DNA from: Thermoanaerobaculia bacterium
GTDB taxonomy: Bacteria; Acidobacteriota; Thermoanaerobaculia; Multivoradales; Multivoraceae
Direction: 5' to 3'
Assembly: GCA_963664405.1 (NCBI GenBank)
Contig: OY761158.1
Location: forward strand, 5,472,001-5,536,000
DNA length: 64,000 nucleotides
Shown: one piece after another, positions 9,717 through 17,822 of the stretch
Layout: each line of letters starts with the position of its first letter
Numbering within the stretch: the stretch's first letter is position 1
Program-made: the position numbers and the translations under genes
Notes under the pieces: model-generated
Database searches by the model: none
What the model saw: the letters and a program-made list of their open reading frames with translations, nothing else
Told to the model about the DNA's origin: nothing

Positions 9717-10843
9717 GCGAAGACAGTTCGCGCATCCTGGTTGTGGATGACGACCCCGGCATGCGCCGGGCGATGGATCGGATCCTTGCGCCGCTCTACG
9801 ACGTGACGATGGCCGATGGCGCCGTTCAGGCTCTCGACCGATTGGCGGAAGATCCCTTCGAGGTCGCCCTGGTCGACATTCGTCTCGGTGACGGCGATGG
9901 TTACGCACTGTGTGGAGAGATCCGCCGCCGGAGCCCGGAGACTGACGTCATTCTGATCACCGGCTCCATGTCCCAGCCCGACGAGAAGTTGTACCGCTCG
10001 CTGGAGGGCGACGCCTTCTACTTTCTGTTCAAGCCTTTCGAGCGGCGTGTGCTTCGCGCCCTGGTCGAGCGCTGTCTACGACTGCAGCGAGAGCGTCGAG
10101 CGAAGGAAGAGTACGCGGCGGCGCTGGCCGAAGACCTCGAGCGAGCCAAGCACTTTCAGCACAGCCTGCAACCCTCGGCTCCCTTGGAGGCGGCGGGCTG
10201 GCGGATCGAGGGCCTCTTCCTTCCCTGCGACGCGGTGGGAGGAGATTTCTGGATGGCGCTTCTCGAGCGCGATGGAAGCGCGGTCGTAGCGCTCGCCGAT
10301 ATCGTGGGTCATGGTGTCAGCGCTGCCATGTACGCGGGCATGTTGCGATCGACTCTGGACGCCGCGCGGCGCAGCGATCCAATGCCGGACAAAGTGCAGA
10401 AGGCTCTGGTCCAGGGTATCGACTTCTTTGAGGCCTCACGTTTTGCGAGTCTCTTTTATGGGCATCTCGGCGTCGACGGCGAGGTCGGCTATTTCAGCGC
10501 CGGTCACCCTCCAGGCCTCTGGGTCAAGGCGAAAGGTGGCATTGAGGAGCTCGCTTCCACCGGTCTCCTTTTGATGAACGTGTTCAGAACCCAGTCTCGA
10601 ACAGTTGAGACCCGCACCTTCGTGCCGGGAGATAGGCTCTTTCTTTACAGTGACGGAGCCAGCGAGGCGATGAGCCCGGCGCAAGAGGAGCTCGGTGTCG
10701 AGGGATTGACCGAGGCCCTAAAAGAGACCCGCCGCTCGAGCCTGGCCGATGCCCTGGAAACGATACGGGCTCGCATCCTCGCCCACGCGGCCGGCCGGCC
10801 GATCGAGGATGACGTCACACTGGTCCTCGTCGAGCGACTCTGA
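9713..10843 (+). CDS. Response regulator receiver fused to PP2C/SpoIIE (RsbU-like) phosphatase; probable CTG start
   Basis: RILVVDDD, LVDIRL, KPF receiver motifs; GGDF, DIVGHG, SAGHPP, YSDG, DDVT phosphatase motifs; CTG 9713 overlaps the kinase TGA. Confidence 0.88.
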   Translation: MSEDSSRILVVDDDPGMRRAMDRILAPLYDVTMADGAVQALDRLAEDPFEVALVDIRLGDGDGYALCGEIRRRSPETDVILITGSMSQPDEKLYRSLEGDAFYFLFKPFERRVLRALVERCLRLQRERRAKEEYAAALAEDLERAKHFQHSLQPSAPLEAAGWRIEGLFLPCDAVGGDFWMALLERDGSAVVALADIVGHGVSAAMYAGMLRSTLDAARRSDPMPDKVQKALVQGIDFFEASRFASLFYGHLGVDGEVGYFSAGHPPGLWVKAKGGIEELASTGLLLMNVFRTQSRTVETRTFVPGDRLFLYSDGASEAMSPAQEELGVEGLTEALKETRRSSLADALETIRARILAHAAGRPIEDDVTLVLVERL

Positions 10844-10849
10844 GGCGGG

Positions 10850-11045
10850 GGGAGATGCAGGGCGGAGTACGCGAGGCCTGTGGTGCCGACCCGGAGATCT
10901 GGTAAACCTGCCAGCTGATCGTCGCCCGCAGCAGAGTGAGACCCGCGCCGGAAAAGAAGCGGCTTACTGCGTAGAGGAGGAAACCTCGCTCGCGCAGAAC
11001 CTGGGTGGTCGTTCTTTCGGAGGGGGCGCGCGCCTCGGCGCTCAG
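10850..11045 (-). pseudogene. N-terminal remnant of an MFS transporter
   Basis: Frame coupled to the arsS stop: LSAEARAPSERTTTQVLRERGFLLYAVSRFFSGAGLTLLRATISWQVYQISGSA, typical of MFS TM1; similarity ends after this. Confidence 0.6.
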
Positions 11046-12070
11046 GCCAGTGCCCCCGAGCAGCTCGATCCGGCCCCGGCGGTACAGCCGAAGCAGTGAT
11101 GGGCTGTGGCGATAGCGGTTTCGGCCAGGTCGTCGAGAGAGTCGATGTCCCAGATCGTCAGCGGTGTCTCGGAATCGGAGCCCGGCAGTGCAAGTCCCAA
11201 CATCAGATTGAAGTCGCAATCATAGAGATCACCGTGCCAGTCGATACTAACCTGGGAGCGACACATCAGGCCCTCGACCGTGTCGGGGTTGAAGTGGTTG
11301 ACGAGCAAGGCTTGATAGGACTCTGTTTGGCCCAATCTCTCGAGTTGGTCGGCAAAGCGGCGAATCGGCATGTTGGTGAGGGTCAGAAGATGGCGGAACT
11401 CGAGGCCGAAGCGCTCGCCAAGCTCACGCTTGTAGTCACGCTCTAGCCCTCCCTGGTCGGGAGGTAAGGACGGCCCGAGCGGGTTGTAGACCAGATCGAG
11501 AGGAAGAGACGAGTCCGGACGACCGTAGCCGAGCGCGTTGAGCCGACGAATGCCTTCGATGCTGGCGTCAAAGACGCCCTTCCCACGCTGACTCTCGACG
11601 TTTTCGCTGGTATAGCAAGGAAGGCTGGCCACCACTTCGACTTCGTTTTGGGCTAGAAAGTCGGCCAGATCCTCGTAGCCGGGCTCGAGGAGGATGGTGA
11701 GATTGCAGCGATCCATCACTCGCCGCCCCAGCTGCCTCGCCTCGACGACGAGTCGACGGAAGTGCTCGTTCATCTCGGGCGCACCGCCGGTCAAGTCGAG
11801 AAGCTCGACACCCGGGCTCGCCGCCAGCAGGTCTATCAGGCGATCCGCGACCTCGGCGGTCATCTGCTCGGTACGTTTAGGCCCGGCTTCGACATGGCAA
11901 TGGTGGCAAGCGATATTGCAGAGCCGTCCGACGTTGACCTGCAATGTGCGAACGCCGCCGCGGCGCAGCTCCGGCATGCCTCGACTGCTGAGCTCGGTCG
12001 TGAAGCTCTCGTCTCCCAGGCTGGGAGCGAAGACCGGGAGCGAGCGATTGCTGGTGGCGGTCGTGGTCAT
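11042..12070 (-). CDS. arsS: Arsenosugar biosynthesis radical SAM protein ArsS (DUF3641-type)
   Basis: LQVNVGRLCNIACHHCHV CxxxCxxC motif, DLTGGAPEMN, C-terminal HCFGCTAGAGSSCSG. Confidence 0.88.
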   Translation of the reverse strand: MTTTATSNRSLPVFAPSLGDESFTTELSSRGMPELRRGGVRTLQVNVGRLCNIACHHCHVEAGPKRTEQMTAEVADRLIDLLAASPGVELLDLTGGAPEMNEHFRRLVVEARQLGRRVMDRCNLTILLEPGYEDLADFLAQNEVEVVASLPCYTSENVESQRGKGVFDASIEGIRRLNALGYGRPDSSLPLDLVYNPLGPSLPPDQGGLERDYKRELGERFGLEFRHLLTLTNMPIRRFADQLERLGQTESYQALLVNHFNPDTVEGLMCRSQVSIDWHGDLYDCDFNLMLGLALPGSDSETPLTIWDIDSLDDLAETAIATAHHCFGCTAGAGSSCSGALA

Positions 12071-12073
12071 TTG

Positions 12074-13228
12074 CTAGCAGCAGCCGTCCGTTTCGGAGCA
12101 GGAATCGGCGGCCTCGGTAGTGATCGAGTAGTCCTGACCCTTCGTCTCGCGCGGATCTCGCCGGGTCTGGCGAGAGCAGTCGAAAGGTGTTGTCGAGTCC
12201 GGATTGACGGGCTCCAGAGGCTCGACGAGCTCGAACTCTCCCGCGTAGGGCTCTCGAGAATAGAGCGCGAAGGTTTTGGCGCAGACCGCGATCCGTTGGC
12301 CGCGCGTCAGGCGATGGCCGTCGTCATCGAGAACTTCTTTGAAGGGTCCTTTGTAGATGACCGCCTGATTGTGCTCGTAGCAGGGCCCCTGCTTACCCTT
12401 GAAGGCTTGGACGGTGATCGAGCGGAACTCGATACCTTCGACGGTTTGCCAGGGCGTGGATGCGCGCTCGAGGATGCCGATCCCGTGGAATCCGGCGTCC
12501 TCGAACGCCGCGAGGAAGTGCTCTTCAGTCAGGGCTCCGGAGATGCAGCCGCTCCACAGCTCGGGATCTCGCCTCATCTCTTCGCTCACCGGCTCGTCGG
12601 AGACAATGTCGGAGATCACGGCTCGCCCCCCCTTACGCAGGACCCGAAAGATCTCGCCGAAGAGTTGGGGCTTGTCATCGGAGTCGACCAGGTTGAGGAC
12701 ACAATTCGACACCACGATGTCTACCGATTGGTCGGCGACGAGCGGCGTTACGGTTCGCAGCTCATCGGCCAACCGCTGTGCCTCGCGTAGACCATCGGCC
12801 GAGCTAACGGGTCGGGCGGCAAGCGCCGTGTCGAGCTTGTCGAGGTCGAGGCCGAGGTCTTGAATCCGCCCGCGTCGGAAATCTACATTCGAGTAGCCGA
12901 TCTTTCCCGCGACTTCGGGCGCGGCCCGCCTGGCGATCGCCAGCATCTCCGGAGTCATGTCGATGCCGATAACTCGCCCCTCAGCGCCGACGATCTGAGA
13001 TGCGATGAAGGCGATCTTGCCGGTTCCACTGCCGAGGTCGAGAACGGTCTCGCCGGGGCGCAGATACTTCGAAGGGTCACCGCATCCGTAGTCTCGCTCG
13101 ATGACCTCGGAGGGTATCGGTTCCAGATACCTCGGGTCGTAGTCGATGGGGCAGCAGAGCGCGGGCTCTGCCGCAGTGGCCCCACGGGCATAACGGTCGC
13201 GGACGTCGGTCTCTACCAGGTTCTGCAT
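12074..13228 (-). CDS. arsM: Arsenite S-adenosylmethionine methyltransferase-like protein
   Basis: LCCP, DYGCGDP, LDLGSGTG, SNCVLNL, WSGCISGA, C-terminal CC. Confidence 0.85.
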   Translation of the reverse strand: MQNLVETDVRDRYARGATAAEPALCCPIDYDPRYLEPIPSEVIERDYGCGDPSKYLRPGETVLDLGSGTGKIAFIASQIVGAEGRVIGIDMTPEMLAIARRAAPEVAGKIGYSNVDFRRGRIQDLGLDLDKLDTALAARPVSSADGLREAQRLADELRTVTPLVADQSVDIVVSNCVLNLVDSDDKPQLFGEIFRVLRKGGRAVISDIVSDEPVSEEMRRDPELWSGCISGALTEEHFLAAFEDAGFHGIGILERASTPWQTVEGIEFRSITVQAFKGKQGPCYEHNQAVIYKGPFKEVLDDDGHRLTRGQRIAVCAKTFALYSREPYAGEFELVEPLEPVNPDSTTPFDCSRQTRRDPRETKGQDYSITTEAADSCSETDGCC

Positions 13229-13327
13229 TTGCAGCCTCCAATGTGCTCTGGATCCATCAACCGGGCGACTTTAACAGCTCCGATCGCCCGCAGATTCTAC
13301 GGGTGAACACGGAACCTGGATTCTCGA

Positions 13328-14962
13328 CTAGAACCTTGACGCGGTCAGGATCACGTCGGCGTGCTCCCAGGCCCTCTCGAGCTCGATGCCGATCTTCTTT
13401 GCCTTGCCGTCCTTGCCTTGGGCTTCGAGAGTGCGCTTGAGGCCGAAGAGGGACCAGCCGTTGTGGGGGAAGGCCTCGAGATCTTTTCGATAGGTGTCTT
13501 CGGCTTCGCCGAAGCGCTCGGCGTCCAGAAGCGCGGCGCCGAGGTATTGACGGACCGGGAAGTGCCACGGCGGCGGCTCGTCATAGGTCAGCGCGAGCTC
13601 GAGCCTCACTCCCTTACGAAGATGCACGAGCGCCTGCTTCGAATTTCCGTCCGCCGCCGCGACCTCGCCGGTGAGAACCTCGGTGGCGATCTCGAGCAGG
13701 CTTCTGGTGGTATTGAGATCCCAGATCGTGACCGCGTCGAGTCTGGTGTCGGCGGCGAGAGTCCTCAGCGCGGCCAGCTCTTGCTTGGCTTTTCCCAGCT
13801 GGCCCTTGCGGGTGAAGGCCATGCCTCTGGCGTAGTGTCGGACTCCCCGAGGGTAGAGGAGGTCGCGTGCGGGTTCTGGGTGGGCCAGTATCTCGTCCCA
13901 GTGGCCGAAGCGGACGAGGGCGTAGAGGGGGGTCACGAGGTAGTGCTGGCCGGTCCCGTAGGAGGGCTCGCGCATCAACTGCTGGTCGACCCTGGAGGCG
14001 ATCGTCTTGGCGGTGTCGATCGCCAGCTTACTCCGTCCCTCGAAGGTCGAGGCCGCCCAGAGCATGTGGTGGTTGTGGAGCATATAGGCGGAGGAGTATC
14101 CCTGCGGGGCGCCGTGCTCCCTGTTGTAGGCGTCGTCCGAGGCGATGGCTCGCTGATTGACTCGGGAGGCGTCGGAGTATCGGCCGACCAGAATGTAGAT
14201 ATGCGACGCCATGTGGATGAGATGGCCGGGTGCCGTGTCAGGCAAGGTCTGGAGCCGGTCGGCGGCGTCGACGCCGAGGTCGGGCCGTACCTTTTCGACC
14301 GTATGAATGAGGAGGTGGTTGGCGCCGATGTGCTGGCGGTCCTGCTTCAAGACCCTTTCGAGGACGCCGAGAAACTCGACAGTCACGGCGCGAGGCTCGC
14401 CTTCTTCGGTCCAATAGTCCCAAGGGGTCGTGTCCATGAGTGCTTCGGCAAAGAGGGTCGAGGCGTCGAGATCGTCGGGGTAACGCAGGGCGACTCGGCG
14501 CATCGCGTCGGCGTAGGCTTTGTCGAGCTCGGAGCGATCTGCTCTCGGCTCGCGCCCATATCGCTGCGCCAGGGCCTGAATGTAGGCTCTCTCTCTTTCA
14601 CTTACCCCGGGGGAGAGCCGGAGAGCACTGTCGAGGGCTTTCCTCGCATCGGGATGTGCCGCGGGGTCCATCACCGCGTTGATGTTGGGACCGAGTACGA
14701 GGCCGAGACCCCAGAAACACATCGCGCAGCTCGAGTCGATCTCGGTGGCGTGACGAAAGGATTCGGCGGCTTCTTCGTGGTTGAAGCCGTAAGAAAGCGT
14801 GAGCCCCTGGTCGAAGAGGAGTTGAGCTTCGGGGGACTTGGTCGTGATCTCGTGATGATGTCCGCTCATGCCCTCGATCAGATGACTATGGCCGTCGTCT
14901 GCGAGGCTTGCCGAAGCGGAGGAGAGCAGGAGCAAGAAGAGCAGAGTTTCGATGCGTCGCAT
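13328..14962 (-). CDS. Secreted tetratricopeptide-repeat protein
   Basis: Signal peptide; FDQGL..YGFNHEEA, GPNIN, HLIHMASHIY, NGWSLFGL; GGAGG RBS. Confidence 0.85.
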   Translation of the reverse strand: MRRIETLLFLLLLSSASASLADDGHSHLIEGMSGHHHEITTKSPEAQLLFDQGLTLSYGFNHEEAAESFRHATEIDSSCAMCFWGLGLVLGPNINAVMDPAAHPDARKALDSALRLSPGVSERERAYIQALAQRYGREPRADRSELDKAYADAMRRVALRYPDDLDASTLFAEALMDTTPWDYWTEEGEPRAVTVEFLGVLERVLKQDRQHIGANHLLIHTVEKVRPDLGVDAADRLQTLPDTAPGHLIHMASHIYILVGRYSDASRVNQRAIASDDAYNREHGAPQGYSSAYMLHNHHMLWAASTFEGRSKLAIDTAKTIASRVDQQLMREPSYGTGQHYLVTPLYALVRFGHWDEILAHPEPARDLLYPRGVRHYARGMAFTRKGQLGKAKQELAALRTLAADTRLDAVTIWDLNTTRSLLEIATEVLTGEVAAADGNSKQALVHLRKGVRLELALTYDEPPPWHFPVRQYLGAALLDAERFGEAEDTYRKDLEAFPHNGWSLFGLKRTLEAQGKDGKAKKIGIELERAWEHADVILTASRF

Positions 14963-15087
14963 GGTTGCCTCCGTCGATAGCGGGTAGGTAAGTGCTCGAG
15001 ATTTTATACCCGGCAAGCAAGCCTGAGTGAGGTGGATGGGACCGAGAAGGTATATGGTCTGGGGCCGACGAGCATGAGGAGGAGAAT

Positions 15088-15762
15088 ATGGATCCGTTAA
15101 ACGAAGAGGAATTGGCCGGCTTGCGCGCGTGGCCCACGCCGGCAATCTGCAACGCGATCGAGACCTTCGATGTTCGCCCTCGAAGCGAGGGCTTCATGTT
15201 GGGCATCCGTTGCTGCTTTCCCGGTTTCGAGCCGTTGGTGGGGTATGCGGCGACCGCGACCATGCGAGCGTCAAAGGCGGCCAGCGATGCAGATCTCGGT
15301 GCCGCATTTCGTCACTGGGACAACATTCTCGCCACGCCGACTCCCCGGGTTGCAGTGATCCAGGATTTGGACGACCCTCCCGCTTTCGGCTCGCTATGGG
15401 GAGAGGTGAACGCCAACATCCACACCGCGCTGGGCTGCAAGGGCGTGATCACCAATGGCGGAGTTCGTGACCTCGATGAGGTCGAAGAGCTCGGCTTTCA
15501 CTTCTTCGCCGCCGAGGTCATCCCTTCGCACGCCTATGTGCACCTCGTCGATGCCGGAGCTCCTGTCGAAGTTGGCGGTATTCGAGTTTCGAGCGGCGAC
15601 CTGATGCATGCCGACAAGCATGGCGTGACGGCGATTCCGCATGAGATCGCCCGCGAGGTCGCTGCCGCCTGTCAACGGGTCGAAGACGGTGAGCGCCGAG
15701 TCATCAACTACTGCAAATCGGCCGACTTCGACGTCGAGAGGCTCAAGACCAGGGATTTCTAG
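15088..15762 (+). CDS. RraA/HMG-aldolase family protein
   Basis: TPAICNAIE, WGEV, TNGGVRD, GDLMHADKHGV; strong GAGGAGG RBS. Confidence 0.88.
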   Translation: MDPLNEEELAGLRAWPTPAICNAIETFDVRPRSEGFMLGIRCCFPGFEPLVGYAATATMRASKAASDADLGAAFRHWDNILATPTPRVAVIQDLDDPPAFGSLWGEVNANIHTALGCKGVITNGGVRDLDEVEELGFHFFAAEVIPSHAYVHLVDAGAPVEVGGIRVSSGDLMHADKHGVTAIPHEIAREVAAACQRVEDGERRVINYCKSADFDVERLKTRDF

Positions 15763-15789
15763 CCCGCTAGGAGCGTGTATCTGGACTCC

Positions 15790-16060
15790 CGTGTCAAGTA
15801 GTTGATTTCAACTCATAGAGAGATTCTGGTTTTCTCGGTCTTCGGGCTGAGAGTGGTAGGTCAGACAGCAGACGTATCTCCGGCCTCAGATTGGCGTGAC
15901 GATGTGTGCACGCCGGGCCATGATGGAAAAGTGCGCGTGAGGGAGCCGAATCGTCCGAGAAAACGGCCTCGAGGGCCAACGCTCCTAGCGGCTTGTGCCC
16001 TCACGCCAGTCTGACTGGAAACCATCAAAGTCCTTGGATCGAGCTGTGAGTGGATGGGGG
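15790..16060 (-). ncRNA. Predicted bridge RNA/seekRNA of the IS1111-group element
   Basis: Two stem-closed internal loops; the guide segments match the target flanks (CUAGGAGCGU, UUCUCGGAC) and the element ends (UUCCAUCAU, AGAUAC); RNA boundaries not determinable. Confidence 0.75.
15792..15797 (-). promoter_or_regulatory. Outward-facing -35 hexamer (TTGACA) inside the IS right end; probable circle-junction promoter half
   Basis: Perfect TTGACA 14 nt from the element end; typical IS1111-group arrangement. Confidence 0.6.
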
Positions 16061-16090
16061 TTACGAGTAGGTTGTGGTCGTTCGGTCGTC

Positions 16091-17128
16091 TTAGGCAGCA
16101 GCGAGCAACGGCTTGGGCTCGAAGGCGCGCTTACGGGTCCACACGGCCCAGACAATGCGGGCCAACTTGTTGGCGAGGGCAACGGCGGCTTTGTTGGGTC
16201 CTCGGCGGGTATCGACGTGCAGCGCCCACTGTTGGAGGCGGCCTTGGGGTTGTTTTCTCTTCGCCCACGACAGCACGGAGCGGGCCCCGTGGATCAGGAG
16301 CGTGCGCAGATAGCCGTCGCCGCGTTTGCTGATGCGTCCGAGCCAGCGTCGTGCGCCACTGGAGTGTTCGCGCGGCGTGAGCCCGAGATAGCTGGCAAGA
16401 TGGCGTCCGCTCTTGAAGCGAGAGACATCTCCGATCCAGGCCACCAGGGCCGTGGCGGTCAGGACCCCGATGCCAGGAATGGTCATCAGCAGCTGCACGG
16501 CTTCGAGCTGTTTGGCGAGCGCTTGGATGTGGTTGTCGATCTCCGCGATACGCTCGTGGAACTGCTCGATCTGATCGCATTGCGCTGCGAAGTGAGGGCG
16601 CAATGCCATGGGGATGTCCGTCTCGGCGTCGGCGATCAGCTCTCGGACCCTCGGCACGACGCGCGCACGTCCTAGAGGGATGAAGTGTCCGAATTCTCGC
16701 AAGTGCCCGCGTAGAGCGTTGCAGTGAGCCGTACGATCGCCGATGTAGGCCGCGCGCATCCGATGCAGAGTGGTGAGCGTTTGTTGCTCGAGCGACTTGA
16801 CAGGGACAGGCAGGATGTCTTCGTTGCGATACGCCTCGAGCATGCCTTTGGTGTCGGTTCGATCGGTCTTGTGGGCGCCGACATAGCGGTGGGTCAGGTG
16901 GGGTGGCAGCAGGACGACCGAGTGGCCGAGCTCTCCTATTTCCCGGCCCCAGTAGTGCGCGGAGCCACAGGCCTCCATGACCACCGTCGTGGGCTTGCGT
17001 TGTGCGAAGAAAGACAAAAAGCCAGCTCTTCGGACTCGATGCCGGTCCGCCACCTTTCCCGGCTCATGCGACACGGCGATCTCGAACACATCCTTGGCCA
17101 GGTCGACACCGATAACGGTATGCTTCAT
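16091..17128 (-). CDS. IS110 family transposase/recombinase (DEDD + Transposase_20 domains)
   Basis: IGVDLAK, VMEACG, KTDRTD, PGIG, LGLTPREHSSG, ALANKLARI motifs. Confidence 0.95.
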   Translation of the reverse strand: MKHTVIGVDLAKDVFEIAVSHEPGKVADRHRVRRAGFLSFFAQRKPTTVVMEACGSAHYWGREIGELGHSVVLLPPHLTHRYVGAHKTDRTDTKGMLEAYRNEDILPVPVKSLEQQTLTTLHRMRAAYIGDRTAHCNALRGHLREFGHFIPLGRARVVPRVRELIADAETDIPMALRPHFAAQCDQIEQFHERIAEIDNHIQALAKQLEAVQLLMTIPGIGVLTATALVAWIGDVSRFKSGRHLASYLGLTPREHSSGARRWLGRISKRGDGYLRTLLIHGARSVLSWAKRKQPQGRLQQWALHVDTRRGPNKAAVALANKLARIVWAVWTRKRAFEPKPLLAAA

Positions 17129-17259
17129 GGGGCTCCCTTCCAGTACTAGAGTTTCGGTTTGGGCGACCCGCGGCACACAGATGCCGATCGAAGTCGCCAG
17201 GGAGTCCATTTCATCATCCGAGAATTCGGACGGGCGAGTAGTTCTTAGGGGGGGATGGG

Positions 17260-17291
17260 CCGGAGAACGGGCCGGAGGCCCGTTTTCCGGG
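17260..17291. terminator. GC-rich hairpin downstream of the CusF-like gene
   Basis: CCGGAGAACGGGCC-GGA-GGCCCGTTTTCCGG. Confidence 0.5.
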
Positions 17292-17292
17292 G

Positions 17293-17739
17293 CTAGGAGC
17301 CGCCGAGGTCGAGCTCGGTCGTGTCGGGAAGCTTCACGATCTTCGTCACCCGAGCCTCGGGCTCTGCGTGCCAGTCCACTTCGAGAGTGAAGGCGATGGT
17401 GTCGAGAGCGTTGAGCTCCTCGGTGGTCGCGTCTGGCTCGCGAAGGAAGCTCATGGTCATCGAGCTCATCCCGACGATCTCGCCGGACGAGTTGGCGAAA
17501 TCTGGGATGGACTCATGAAAAATGCTGATCTCATCTCCGGGGGCTCCCGGGTCGATGACCTGCCCTCGAAGCTCGTAGCTTCGCGCTCCATTCGCGGGCT
17601 CTACAGCCTGCGGCTCGGCAGCAGGAGCCTCAGCAAGTGCGACTGCCTGCTCCGCCGGCGGGCCTGCACATGCGGCCAATGCGATGACAAGACCTAGACG
17701 AAACCAGCTTCGTGTTGCTTGGGCAATGGGGCTAGCCAC
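17293..17739 (-). CDS. CusF-like copper-binding lipoprotein
   Basis: Lipobox LAAC; YELRGQV, ISIFHESIPDF, MSSMTMSF. Confidence 0.75.
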   Translation of the reverse strand: MASPIAQATRSWFRLGLVIALAACAGPPAEQAVALAEAPAAEPQAVEPANGARSYELRGQVIDPGAPGDEISIFHESIPDFANSSGEIVGMSSMTMSFLREPDATTEELNALDTIAFTLEVDWHAEPEARVTKIVKLPDTTELDLGGS

Positions 17740-17822
17740 ACCACCACCTGGGAATCCTACGAGCCTGCCCCCGCTTCGGCTTTGCTGCGAGACTTTCGGC
17801 TCGGTATAAGGTACCCGCGCTC

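Larger units (their letters stand above)
15778..17216 (-). mobile_element. IS110-family insertion sequence, IS1111 group (about 1.44 kb)
   Basis: Sub-terminal IRs TGGACTCCC (15782-15790) and GGGAGTCCA (17200-17208); left end TGATGAA-ATGGAC, right end CCAG-ATA; long non-coding region 3' of the transposase; ends uncertain by about 1 nt. Confidence 0.88.

Noticed and set aside
13361-14980. Long antisense ORFs (e.g. 13361-14980, 38750-40291, 52761-54248, 57069-58205)
   Set aside because: Shadow ORFs opposite well-supported genes, typical of high-GC codon bias
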